Below, one piece after another: positions 17,804 to 28,137 of a stretch of 32,000 nucleotides of DNA (the stretch's first letter is position 1; every line of letters begins with the position of its first letter). The DNA is from Pantoea sp. Nvir (GTDB taxonomy: Bacteria; Pseudomonadota; Gammaproteobacteria; Enterobacterales; Enterobacteriaceae): positions 4,707 to 36,706 of the forward strand of contig NZ_SZZW01000008.1 in NCBI RefSeq assembly GCF_009829915.1. Direction: 5' to 3'. A program made the position numbers and the translations under genes. The notes below the pieces were generated by a model, which was given only the letters and a program-made list of their open reading frames with translations, was not told where the DNA came from and made no database searches.

Positions 17804-18431
17804 AAAAGAGTAGAATCAATATTAAATTTATTTGATTATTCCATTTTTTATCAGTCTTTTAGACTGAACCTAATTGGACTTGGATATGCTATGTAAGCAT
17901 TATTTCTGCTTCTTTTCTGAATATTTATTTGCAAAAGTTTATTTTAAATATTTTTATAAAAATGCAGTAATTACTTTAAATTTTAAGGCCTATAAGCTAA
18001 TTGCATATTTGCGTGGAGGGGAGTTTTGTTAAAAACATCTGGGCGAAGCTTCTCGAGATATGAAGTTAAGGTACTTCTATCCCCTCTTGAATGCAACCTT
18101 AATCAAAAAAACTAAGTAATAAAAATGTTTTAAATTTTCATATTAGAACTTTTATGATCTGATTATGCATAATGTTTATTGTGCAACTATTCTATTAGAA
18201 TGACCGTATAAGTTGTGTTTTAACTGGTTTAATAAGAATACTCTGAAGCATATGAATCGTTAAAAACTTATTGCACCTCTGGAAATAATCTTCAAGGTCA
18301 ATTAGGTATATTCTTAGTGGAAAGAAAAACACTCGGCGGAATGATGCATGACAACCTGGGGGGATTATCAATGCCCTTTCAATCACTGTGAAAATAAAAA
18401 TTAGGCGCCAGGTTAAATAAAGTAAAGACGA

Positions 18432-18452
18432 GCGCACACTATTTGTGTGCGC
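18432..18452 (-). terminator. Rho-independent terminator of fumC
   Basis: The hairpin is gcgcacac-tattt-gtgtgcgc. On the minus strand it is followed by TCGTCTTTACTTTATTT. It lies about 80 nt downstream of the fumC stop. Confidence 0.6.
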
Positions 18453-18533
18453 CTGTACATTCCTGAACTATCAAACAGACAAGATATACATCTTGTGATA
18501 GAGTTTTGCGATTTATAGTAAAAATGAGCAAGA

Positions 18534-19955
18534 TTAGCTTCTTCGTTTAGATTCACATGAAGGCTTTATGCTACTGAGCATATCATTTGGATTGACCCAA
18601 GCATTAAATTCCTCTTCAGTCAAATATCCTAGCTGTAGCGCCGCTCTCTTTAGTGTTAGTCCTTCTTTATGCGCTTTTTTCGCGATTTCTGCCGCTTTGT
18701 CGTAACCAATATGAGGATTAAGCGCAGTTACCAGCATCAGTGACTTATTGAGCATCTGCGTGATGCGATCACGATTCGGCTCAATACCGATCGCGCAGTG
18801 ATGGTTAAAGCTGTCCATACCGTCAGTTAGTAGACGTACCGACTGCAGAAAGTTATGGATCACCATTGGACGAAAGACGTTCAATTGAAAATTACCAGAG
18901 GCTCCACCGATATTAATGGCTACATCATTACCCATTACCTGACAGCAAAGCATAATTAGCGCTTCACATTGGGTCGGGTTAACCTTGCCAGGCATGATGG
19001 AACTACCTGGCTCGTTTTCTGGAATAGATAGTTCGCCGATACCGCAGCGTGGCCCAGAAGTCAGCCAGCGTACATCATTGGCGATCTTCATTAATGAAGC
19101 TGCTAGTCCCTTTAATGCACCGTGTGAATGTACTAGCGCATCGGTAGTGGCAAGAGCTTCAAATTTATTTGGCGCAGTAATAAATGGCTGTCCTGTCAAC
19201 TTAGCTAGTTCTTTCGCCACTCGCATAGCATACTCAGGATGAGTATTTAGTCCAGTTCCAACGGCGGTACCACCCAGAGCTAGTTCTGCTATGTGAGGGA
19301 TACTTTGTTCAATATGTTCAAGACTATGTCCCAGCATTGCTACCCAGCCAGAGATTTCCTGTCCTAAAGTCAATGGTGTTGCATCTTGCAGATGAGTACG
19401 GCCAATTTTTACAATATCTTTAAAGTTTTCAGCCTTTTCGTTTAGCGTCTGCTTAAGCATCTGAATTTGCGGGATAAGCTTTTTGCGTAGCGCAAGAAGC
19501 GCTGCTACGTGCATCGCTGTCGGAAAAACGTCGTTTGAACTCTGGCTTTTATTCACATCATCGTTAGGATGAACAAGACGAGAGATGCCGCGTTCACCAC
19601 CAAGAATTTCGCTAGCACGGTTAGCTAATACCTCGTTCATGTTCATATTCGTCTGAGTACCGGACCCTGTCTGCCAGATCACCAAGGGAAATTCACCTTT
19701 GTGTTCGTCAGCTAGGACTTCATCAGCAGCTTTCATAATTGCATCGGCCCTATCTTTAGGTAATAGGCCCAATTCACAATTTATAGCCACGGCAGCGCGC
19801 TTAGTTTGCGCTAGTGCGTAAATAAGCTCAATAGGGATTTTTTCAGTAGAGATACGGAAATATTTCAATGCACGCTGAGTTTGTGCGCCCCATAACTTGT
19901 CTGCAGGTACCTCAATGGGCCCGATTGAATCTCGCTCAATGCGATTATCTGCCAT
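18534..19955 (-). CDS. fumC: Class II fumarate hydratase
   Basis: 473-aa ORF with the [16 protein letters not shown] signature and near full-length similarity to E. coli FumC. AAGGAG lies 6 nt upstream of the ATG. Confidence 0.95.
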   Translation of the reverse strand: MADNRIERDSIGPIEVPADKLWGAQTQRALKYFRISTEKIPIELIYALAQTKRAAVAINCELGLLPKDRADAIMKAADEVLADEHKGEFPLVIWQTGSGTQTNMNMNEVLANRASEILGGERGISRLVHPNDDVNKSQSSNDVFPTAMHVAALLALRKKLIPQIQMLKQTLNEKAENFKDIVKIGRTHLQDATPLTLGQEISGWVAMLGHSLEHIEQSIPHIAELALGGTAVGTGLNTHPEYAMRVAKELAKLTGQPFITAPNKFEALATTDALVHSHGALKGLAASLMKIANDVRWLTSGPRCGIGELSIPENEPGSSIMPGKVNPTQCEALIMLCCQVMGNDVAINIGGASGNFQLNVFRPMVIHNFLQSVRLLTDGMDSFNHHCAIGIEPNRDRITQMLNKSLMLVTALNPHIGYDKAAEIAKKAHKEGLTLKRAALQLGYLTEEEFNAWVNPNDMLSSIKPSCESKRRS

Positions 19956-21120
19956 GTTTAGTTCTCCTTTAGAACAGGTTGCGGCGTCATGGTTCGCCCG
20001 GTTCTAAAGATGAACACGGACGTTCAAAATTCTTATATGCAAAAATTGATCAATATATTGTAGAATTACCTTAAAGGAACTTTCTAGTATTTAGAATCTT
20101 TTCGGAGGATATACCTAGAAATTTAGTTAAATGATTTTTTTCTGCAACCGTGCAAAAAAATCAATTTACCAGCTTAGAAGTAAATGACATACTAAATGAT
20201 GGTAGCATGGGGTGTGTTTTTCTTTATCCAGTTGATTACTTACGTTTCCTATCTACATCTGCTGAAATCTTTTGCTCCAATATCTGTTTTCATTCTGCTT
20301 AATGAGAGAATATTAGTTCCTCTTTAACTGAAACTGAATAAAAAGGGATATGTTATGTATGTATTATCAATAGTTTAAAAACGACACATCCTTGTAGCTT
20401 TATATTTAGTTTTTTGCTCCGTATGAACTTTTATATCGAGTTTTTTATAGCCCCTTTTATCTTTATTACCGCACTAACCGGTATCTTTTTTTTATGTACT
20501 GACGTTCTAGATAGAAAATAATTTCTAATCATCTGCATTGATTACAGAAGACAAGGTACAATGAAACCGCTTAGACTGACAAAACATTCATGTTCTAGTT
20601 TTTTTATCTTTACCAGGCACTGTCATATGAGTCTTAGCTTAGTGTTATTGTTCAAATACGCAAAGATCTTAGGTGGTTGACGCTACTGTAGGCACCATAC
20701 TAGATGTATAGTACTCTGGATATTACCATAACTCCACATCCTAATGACTAGGTCATGCCTTCGATACCAGATAAAGTATCAGGCGTTAACTGGGATAGCG
20801 TACTGGAAGCTGTACGCTACAACGAATGGCATCTATTGCTACGACAGTCGAGTCTGTGAACAGTTATAGAAGTTGATCACAATTGGCTAAGCCACAACAT
20901 TGATACCGTTTCTATCGATCTAATTAATTTTTCTGTTATTGATCACATAAAGTTCGCGTATTTTTCGTTAACATTAGAGTTAACCAATTAGGTCGTTAAA
21001 ACCCACATAGGCGTACTCTTTATTTTGTCAAGATAGCTAATATTGGCATTTTTTAACTTTGGGATATGTACTATCATTATGCTAGGCTACTTTATGTGTT
21101 AGCTTAGCTGTAGTTCGGGG

Positions 21121-21615
21121 ATGATTACACATAATCCGGCGCAAACTCTATTGAATTCTTGGCTTGTGATGCCGTACTACTCACAAGGTGTGATAGTAGT
21201 ACTCGCACTCAGGTTTGTTATGGTAGTGCCAATATTGAGTAGTAGTTTGCTTATTTCTTTAGCCCGCGGGTTGCTACGTTGGCGTAACGAACAGTTTATA
21301 TATATGTCACAACCAGAAACTCTTCCAAATAAGCAATCACCACTGAGCATTGTGCGCAGGCGATTTTTCGAAAAACAGAAAAGCAAAAGCTATTTTTTGC
21401 GCAGTGTGGTGATTTTATGGCTCATCATTGGCACAGTAATAGGAAAAGCAATTATTAGCGGCGTTATTGATCAATATAAAATCGTCATCAGCGAATGGTC
21501 GCTGATGATGTATGTTACTCAAGGGTTAATGATTGTTCTCTATACTTCAGTCTTTACTGGTTTGATGTCCATTCCACTCTGGTATTTTTTCCTCGGCAAA
21601 AACAATCAGGAATAG
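21121..21615 (+). CDS. Hypothetical small membrane protein (start uncertain)
   Basis: 164-aa ORF with 3-4 hydrophobic helix-like segments (VIVVLALRFVMVVPILSSSLLISLA; SVVILWLIIGTVIGKAIISGVI; LMIVLYTSVFTGLMSIPLWYFFL). No family was recognised. An internal start at MSQPE is possible. Confidence 0.4.
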   Translation: MITHNPAQTLLNSWLVMPYYSQGVIVVLALRFVMVVPILSSSLLISLARGLLRWRNEQFIYMSQPETLPNKQSPLSIVRRRFFEKQKSKSYFLRSVVILWLIIGTVIGKAIISGVIDQYKIVISEWSLMMYVTQGLMIVLYTSVFTGLMSIPLWYFFLGKNNQE

Positions 21616-21780
21616 GGCACATAGTACGATAGGTATCTTCCTATCTACAGCTGAGAACAATAATTCGTCAAAAAATAAATTTTTAGCTTAATTTAAGACC
21701 ATTAGATAACCGAGTTTTAATGATGGCTTGATCTCTTTATGCTACCTTGTGTGCAAGCACTTGTAAAAAGAACCGCTATC

Positions 21781-22689
21781 ATGACCATTTTTGCCGAAAG
21801 AGAACACACAACTATTCACAACGAGCCTTTGATGTTTTTCTATAATATCGAGAAGCGTCTTGATCAATTGCTACCAGTTGAAAGCGAACGCGACTGCGTA
21901 GGTCTTGCCATGCGAGAAGGTGCACTGGCTCCAGGTAAACGTATTCGCCCAGTACTACTAATGTTGGTTGCACGCGATCTTGGTTACCACGATGATCACA
22001 CTGGACTGCTCGATTTTGCGTGTGCGATTGAAATGGTGCATGCTGCCTCTTTAATCCTTGATGATATTCCTTGCATGGATGACGCCAATGTACGCCGCGG
22101 TCGTCCAACTCTTCATCGTCAGTTCGGTGAATCAGTTGCGATTCTAACGGCAGTAGCGCTGCTGAGCCGTGCTTTTGGTGTAATTGCACTGGCAGAAGGA
22201 CTTAATAGTCATGTGAAAACTCAAGCTGTTGCTGAGCTTTCACATGCTATCGGGATTCAGGGCTTAGTTCAAGGTCAGTTTCGTGATCTGACAGAAGGAA
22301 GTCAACCGCGCAGCGCCGATGATATCCAGATCACTAATCACTTTAAAACTAGCACGCTATTCGGTGCGGCAATGCAGATGGCTTCGATTGTCGCCAGTAC
22401 ACCGCTAGAATCTCGTAAAAAATTGCAATATTTTGCAGTGGATCTCGGTCAGGCATTTCAGCTTTTAGACGATATGATAGATGGATTAAGCGATACTGGT
22501 AAAGATGCTCATAAGGATGTAGGTAAATCGACGTTAGTAAATATACTAGGCACTAAAGTTGTAGAAAAGCGCCTGCGTGATCACCTAAGATTTGCTGATT
22601 ACCATTTAGCTTCAGCTTGCAATAATGGCTACGCCACTAGGAGTTTTGTGCGAAGCTGGTTTGATAAAAAACTCGCTATAGTAGATTAA
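21781..22689 (+). CDS. crtE: Geranylgeranyl diphosphate synthase CrtE
   Basis: Strong collinear similarity to the remembered Pantoea ananatis CrtE: RLDQLLPVE.ERD.VG.AMREGALAPGKRIRP, VHAASLILDD.PCMDDA..RRGRPT, GQAFQLLDD..DG..DTGKD, WFDKKLA.V. The track ORF starts at 21739, but MTIFAE at 21781 gives the expected 302 aa. Confidence 0.9.
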   Translation: MTIFAEREHTTIHNEPLMFFYNIEKRLDQLLPVESERDCVGLAMREGALAPGKRIRPVLLMLVARDLGYHDDHTGLLDFACAIEMVHAASLILDDIPCMDDANVRRGRPTLHRQFGESVAILTAVALLSRAFGVIALAEGLNSHVKTQAVAELSHAIGIQGLVQGQFRDLTEGSQPRSADDIQITNHFKTSTLFGAAMQMASIVASTPLESRKKLQYFAVDLGQAFQLLDDMIDGLSDTGKDAHKDVGKSTLVNILGTKVVEKRLRDHLRFADYHLASACNNGYATRSFVRSWFDKKLAIVD

Positions 22690-22992
22690 ATTGGCATTTT
22701 GTATCTAAGTTATTAAGGAGACTAATTTTGAATATTTGATCAGATAGGATAGCACTATACACGTGGTTTATTTGGTATGACCACTAGATATAGATTCAGA
22801 AGATATAACTTGGATATAAGCTAGCGATATATTTTATAGTTAATTTTAACAAGTTAATAAAAATTTATATTTTTATGATAGTGAAAAAGTTTTATTTTAT
22901 TAGTATTTTTCATAAATTTTCCCATAAATTATGTAGTTGCCGTGTTGCCTATCATCCATACTCATAAAATAATTATTTTTACTTATTGAAAG

Positions 22993-23916
22993 TTAGTACC
23001 GTGAAGGTACCCCTTTAGGACGTGTTTTAAAACGTCTATGTAGCCACATATACTGTTCTGGCGCACATAAAACAGCTTTTTCTACTACGGCATTCATACG
23101 TCTGACGATGTCGAAACTTAATTTACCCTCTAGTTCATGGCTAATTTCTGGCAAAATCAGCAACTCATAGCCCTTATTTCCAGGCAATCGGCGAGGTATA
23201 AAAGGCAATACAGCAGGAGCAGCACTACGAATTAAAATAACGGTACCTGCTGTCGTCGCTGCTTGCTGTACAGCAAAGAAGGGGACGAAAATGCTACCAC
23301 GAGGCCCGTAATCATGATCCGGGGCATACCAAAGAATCTCATCCTGCTTAAGTGCACGGATCATACCTTTCAGATCGTAACGGTCCAGCATAGTCTTATT
23401 TGACCGTAGACGCCCCCAAGTTTGTAGCCAATCTAGCAATGGATTATTATTAGGACGATAGACTCCGATACCTGGGTTAAGCATACCAAATATTCGTGCT
23501 CCTAACTCAAGTGTTAGGAAATGCATTCCAACTAGCAGAACGCCCTTCTTTGGGTCACGCGCTTGCTTCATATTTTCATATCCAGTCACAGTAAACCATT
23601 TTTTTACCCGCCAATCTGGCCAAAACCAGGCCATCCCAGTTTCCATTACAGCCATGCCAACTGATTCAAAGTTATTTTTTAGTAGTCGTGCTTGTTTATT
23701 AGCAGGCATCTCAGGGAAACAGAGCTGAATATTGCATCTGGCTATATCAACGCGCTGCGGCATCATACGCCAAGCTAATTTACCCATTCCCTTACCGATA
23801 ATGCGTATGATCGGATAAGGCAACAATACAAGGAACCAGAGTAAAATAATACCTAACCAGTAAGGCCAGTAGTACGGATGCAATAATGATGGTGTAAATT
23901 TGGCTATTTTAGTCAT
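22993..23916 (-). CDS. lpxL: Lipid A biosynthesis lauroyl (Kdo2-lipid IVA) acyltransferase
   Basis: Collinear with E. coli LpxL/HtrB: KF...[108 protein letters not shown]. The likely start is MTKIAKF (23916); the track start is 23937. Confidence 0.9.
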   Translation of the reverse strand: MTKIAKFTPSLLHPYYWPYWLGIILLWFLVLLPYPIIRIIGKGMGKLAWRMMPQRVDIARCNIQLCFPEMPANKQARLLKNNFESVGMAVMETGMAWFWPDWRVKKWFTVTGYENMKQARDPKKGVLLVGMHFLTLELGARIFGMLNPGIGVYRPNNNPLLDWLQTWGRLRSNKTMLDRYDLKGMIRALKQDEILWYAPDHDYGPRGSIFVPFFAVQQAATTAGTVILIRSAAPAVLPFIPRRLPGNKGYELLILPEISHELEGKLSFDIVRRMNAVVEKAVLCAPEQYMWLHRRFKTRPKGVPSRY

Positions 23917-24812
23917 AATTAGATATCTTTTTTTCAAAAAATAAAACTAAAACATTATAAGCGGAGAAGTATAATAGATAAAAAACTTTAGAAAAACTAT
24001 CGTAAATATTTTTCTGATTAACAGAGTAAGAAATCCCTAGTTAATGCATCTGTATTCTTATGAAAATACATTCCTTTATTATCATAGACGCATATTTCAT
24101 ATGACATAAAAATGTTTTGAATTTACTTAAATTTTATAAAAAATATATATTTTTTCTTCTTTATAAATTAAATCTTAATTACGTGTGTATAAATTAACTT
24201 TATTAAAACATTCATTATTAATATAATAATTCCTTATATCATAATATACATTAATTAAATATTTACAAGATGTTTGATATGTTAATAAATGTTGTTCTAA
24301 CATAATTTAAAATTCAGACTGTGTCTTTGAATTTATCTGTTTTAGTGTGTCTTAGATAACCCACTATAATCGGCGATACCGAATAGTTAGGTGCAGTATC
24401 ATATCATATATGATCAAGTACCGATATTTTGTAAAACATATCATGTATGAATATTCATTCATATAATTGAATAATTATCTTCTTGTATCTTCTGTCAATC
24501 CTCTGACGTATAATCCCAGAGAAGTAGTGCCTTTTTACTTGAACTTCGCTAGATTGCGCGTAGCCTATTATATAGGCCTATACAGTTCATGCAAAAGGAG
24601 TTATATAAACATGCCAGTCTAATGCACGAAAAATTTTAAGAATCATTAGTTAATTAATGTATCATCCATCACGCGTGACTGAAGACTAATTTAAGCTTGG
24701 CATGAGCAGCAGAAAGTAGGCACAGTTGTTAAATCCACGTTAAGCTGGGTTCCGAAAATAGCGAGTATCAGGTTGATCAACTCCTACAAGCACACCCCAC
24801 AAGGAGACGTGC

Positions 24813-25601
24813 ATGAATAGAGGCGTGAAAATTCATACTGCGGAGCAAATCGAGCAGGCACGCGCTGCAGGTCATGCCGCTGCGCAGGTTCTGGCGATGA
24901 TCGCCCCACATGTTCGTATCGGCATTACTACTGAAAAACTGGATGATATTTGTTACGATTTTATTGTTAATAAGCTTAAGGTAATTCCTGCCAATATTGG
25001 TTATCAAGGGTACATACGCACCATCTGCACTTCTGTGAATCATGTAGTGTGTCATGGCATTCCCTCAGGCAGGATACTGAAGAAAGGGGATATTGTTAAT
25101 ATTGATGTTGGCATCATTAAAGATGGCTGGTATGGCGATACGAGCCGCATGTATTTTGTCGGAGAACCTTCTGTACGTGCAAGAAGGCTGGTCAATATTA
25201 CATATCAGTCTATGGTGGCAGGCATTAAAACTGTTAAGCCTGGTGCAACACTTGGGGATATTGGAGCAGCGATCCAGTACGTAGCGGAAGGCGCAGGCTT
25301 CTCAGTGGTACGAGAATATTGCGGGCATGGTCTTGGTCAAATCTATCATGACGAGCCACAAATCCTTCATTATGGGACTTCGGGTGAAGGGATAGTACTA
25401 CAGCCTGGTATGATTTTCACCATTGAGCCAATGATCAACGCTGGTAAAGCTGGCACTACAGTGCTATCTGATTACTGGACAGTTGTGACAAAAGATCGTT
25501 CTCTTTCTGCACAGTGGGAACATACAGTGGCGGTAACCGAAATTGGATTCGATCTGCTGACGCCTTGGCCCGATGGCACTGGCAATTATCCTGATATTTA
25601 A
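24813..25601 (+). CDS. map: Type I methionine aminopeptidase
   Basis: 262-aa ORF with VCHGIP, GDIVNIDV, DGW.GDTS.M, FSVVREYCGHG.G, FTIEPM.NAG and KDRSLSAQ.EHT, collinear with E. coli Map. AAGGAG lies 7 nt upstream. Confidence 0.9.
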   Translation: MNRGVKIHTAEQIEQARAAGHAAAQVLAMIAPHVRIGITTEKLDDICYDFIVNKLKVIPANIGYQGYIRTICTSVNHVVCHGIPSGRILKKGDIVNIDVGIIKDGWYGDTSRMYFVGEPSVRARRLVNITYQSMVAGIKTVKPGATLGDIGAAIQYVAEGAGFSVVREYCGHGLGQIYHDEPQILHYGTSGEGIVLQPGMIFTIEPMINAGKAGTTVLSDYWTVVTKDRSLSAQWEHTVAVTEIGFDLLTPWPDGTGNYPDI

Positions 25602-25711
25602 TTTTAAGAGAACAGAATTGTGCTGATCATACCTCTTCCCTCTAATGTCAATACGGGATACCATCCGGCAAAGTATATGAAGGGAAAGGTCAGTATGGTT
25701 GATTTAATATG

Positions 25712-25737
25712 CTCTGCTTGGTAAGCCAGAGTTTTTG
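25712..25737 (+). terminator. Rho-independent terminator downstream of map
   Basis: ctctgctt-ggt-aagc(c)agag forms a stem with one bulge and is followed by TTTTT (25732-25736). Confidence 0.55.
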
Positions 25738-26191
25738 CGGACAACCGTATCACAAACTACCGTATCAACTAATAGATACTCTAATTTTGCCGTACACGAA
25801 CTATATTTTTTCTCATTACCTGGATTCTCATTACCTGGAAAGGTGACACCATTGCTTTAGCAGCATGCCGCTACTTAATTTTTACGGATTATTTATGATT
25901 TCATTAATTGAAAGTTAGTCTATTCTTTACAGAGTGAGTGATGAAAATATTTATATGGTGACAATTTTATTCGCCAGCTAAATGGAAGAGAGATCACTTA
26001 TATATGCGGTATTTAAGAAATAGATCTAGTCGTTATCAATCATTACGAAGATATGTAAATATATAATAGCATGAGTAGGTCTGACACAGGGAATTTTTGC
26101 ATCAGGAGAGCTAGCGTCCCTCCCCCCCCTCCGTAGTAAGGTGTAACGTTTTAACTTTAATAGCATGACGGCACGCTCTAGGTATTCAAAA

Positions 26192-27163
26192 TTACGAGCG
26201 GTTTGCTGCGATTATTGCCAATCGATCCACACCGCGCTGTTCCAGCAGCATGGCTGCTTTCGCCGCTTGAATACCACTAGCACACACCAGTACCACGCGT
26301 CTATTGGCTGGAGGTTGCCACTGTTCAATTGCGAATAGCGGGATGCGTTGAACAGATTCTGCTACGCTGTACGGAGCCTCTTGACGACTGCGTAATTCAA
26401 TGATGCAGTCATCCGCCTTCAGCATATTACAGTCAATAAAAGGGATCGCTGAATTCACCGGTTCCTCCGCGTTGTCAAAGCGAAAAGATCGGAAGTGCCA
26501 CTGGATGAAATCACAGTTCACTAGGCTGCCAAGAGGGGACGGCGAGAATTTTAGCAGGACGCTAAGCGCCATTTGCGCTTGAAGTGCTCCCAATGTTGCC
26601 ACTGCTGGACCCATTACGCCTGTAGTATTACAGTTGGCAGTCGTAGAAATAGGTAAGCAGGGGAAAACAGCGCGGTAGCTGGGTGCAGAGGCACAAAATC
26701 CACCTACATACCCCTGTCGGCCCAATACAGAAGCGCTAATCAGCGGAATACCAAGCTGTTGACAAGCGTCGGATAGAGTATAGGTCACAACAAAATTATC
26801 CGCTGCATCAATCACTAGATCAACATCTTGAAGCGCTTGGGCAACTGTGCTTATACACAATGCCTGCTGACGTGCTTCTATTATGCAATCATGGTTGCGC
26901 GCTCCTAAAGCTCGCACAACACACAATGCTTTCGACTGGCCAATATCATTAAGAGTATAGAGAGTCTGGCGATGCAAATTGTGCAGCTCTACTACATCAT
27001 CGTCCCAAACGCGCAAATACCCAACGCCTGCACCTGCCAACAGCGGTAACAGAGTTGAACCTAGACCACCCGCACCTACCACTAGTACATGCGCAGTACT
27101 AAGCGCTTTTTGCCCCTCTTCACCAATTTCTGGTAGCATCTGCTGCCGTTGATAACGATTCAT
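26192..27163 (-). CDS. thiF: ThiS adenylyltransferase ThiF with C-terminal rhodanese-like domain
   Basis: 323-aa ORF. The N-terminus has RY.RQ..L.EIGEEGQ..L....VLVVGAGGLGS (the ThiF/MoeB fold). About 80 extra C-terminal residues carry a rhodanese-like pattern (IIELRSRQE...RRVVLVCASGIQAAKAAMLLEQRG). Confidence 0.85.
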   Translation of the reverse strand: MNRYQRQQMLPEIGEEGQKALSTAHVLVVGAGGLGSTLLPLLAGAGVGYLRVWDDDVVELHNLHRQTLYTLNDIGQSKALCVVRALGARNHDCIIEARQQALCISTVAQALQDVDLVIDAADNFVVTYTLSDACQQLGIPLISASVLGRQGYVGGFCASAPSYRAVFPCLPISTTANCNTTGVMGPAVATLGALQAQMALSVLLKFSPSPLGSLVNCDFIQWHFRSFRFDNAEEPVNSAIPFIDCNMLKADDCIIELRSRQEAPYSVAESVQRIPLFAIEQWQPPANRRVVLVCASGIQAAKAAMLLEQRGVDRLAIIAANRS

Positions 27164-27177
27164 GACGTGTGATACCT

Positions 27178-27936
27178 TTAACCAAACTTGGCTAAGCCGA
27201 ATACAGGGGTCGAAGCGACCGCCATGTCACGTCGCTCCATCAGTCCAGCAGAATATGCCTGAGAACCTGCACTTATTGCAATTGCAAATGCGCTCGCCAT
27301 TGCCACTGGATTATGGGCTTTGGCGACGGCAGTATTAAGAAGAATAGCATCAAATCCCAGCTCCATTGCTTGGGTCGCCTGGCTGGGAGCACCAATACCT
27401 GCATCAATTATCAAAGGAACACCTGGAAACCAAGCACGTAAGCTGCGTAATGCATCAATATTGCGTAGCCCCTGGCCAGATCCAATAGGAGCCCCCCAAG
27501 GCATCAGCACGTTACAACCTACCGCTAGCAGCTTTTCAGCTATGACGAGATCTTCCGTGGTATAAGGGAATACCTGAAAACCATCTGCACAAAGGATACG
27601 TGCTGCTTCCACCAGTGCAAAAGGATCAGGTTGTAGCGTGTTAGCATTTCCAAGAACTTCCAATTTTATCCAAGGTGTACCAAAGAGCTCACGTGCCATA
27701 TAAGCTGTAGTGACTGCCTCTTTAACAGTATGACAACCAGCAGTATTAGGTAGCACGCGACGGTTGAGCTGACTAAGTAGTTCGCGAAACGCGCTACCCT
27801 GACGGCCTTCACGCCGGAGGCTGACAGTGATAATCTCAACGTCGGCGGCAAAGACTGCCTGTTGCAGAATCTCGGGTGAAGGATAGCCGGCGGTACCGAG
27901 CAGAAAACGCGAACGAGGTACAAAACCATAGAACAT
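27178..27936 (-). CDS. thiG: Thiazole synthase
   Basis: 252-aa ORF of typical ThiG length. Motifs: [44 protein letters not shown]. Confidence 0.9.
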   Translation of the reverse strand: MFYGFVPRSRFLLGTAGYPSPEILQQAVFAADVEIITVSLRREGRQGSAFRELLSQLNRRVLPNTAGCHTVKEAVTTAYMARELFGTPWIKLEVLGNANTLQPDPFALVEAARILCADGFQVFPYTTEDLVIAEKLLAVGCNVLMPWGAPIGSGQGLRNIDALRSLRAWFPGVPLIIDAGIGAPSQATQAMELGFDAILLNTAVAKAHNPVAMASAFAIAISAGSQAYSAGLMERRDMAVASTPVFGLAKFG

Positions 27937-27939
27937 GGT

Positions 27940-28137
27940 TTAACCTCCCTGCATAGGTAACAACACTTCCAGACAACACCCCACTTCCAGACGCTGGTTA
28001 TCATACTGGGCACGTGGCAGAAACTGGCCGTTATAGGCACTAACAACGCAAGTAGCATCAATTTGTCTTTCATGTAGTAGCGCCGCTACGGTTGCTACCT
28101 CTGTTTCAACTATCTGGCCATTGAGTTCAATTTGCAT
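27940..28137 (-). CDS. thiS: Sulfur-carrier protein ThiS
   Basis: Internal start MQIELNGQ... of track ORF 27940..28293. It encodes 65 aa ending in the obligatory C-terminal GG (LLPMQGG). The gene overlaps the thiO stop by 11 nt. Confidence 0.9.
   Translation of the reverse strand: MQIELNGQIVETEVATVAALLHERQIDATCVVSAYNGQFLPRAQYDNQRLEVGCCLEVLLPMQGG

Noticed and set aside
18195-18437. 80-aa ORF on the minus strand downstream of fumC.
   Set aside because: No RBS and a low-complexity sequence. It begins within the fumC terminator hairpin region and lies in an AT-rich spacer, so it is probably spurious.
25810-25839. 15-bp tandem duplicate ttctcattacctgga x2.
   Set aside because: It is a real repeat, but tiny and isolated in an eroded spacer with no associated feature. 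It is likely a slippage scar.
26122-26129. C8 homopolymer (G8 on the minus strand), a possible phase-variation tract.
   Set aside because: It lies in non-coding DNA about 60 nt downstream of the thiF stop, not within a coding region or a promoter spacer that I can define.
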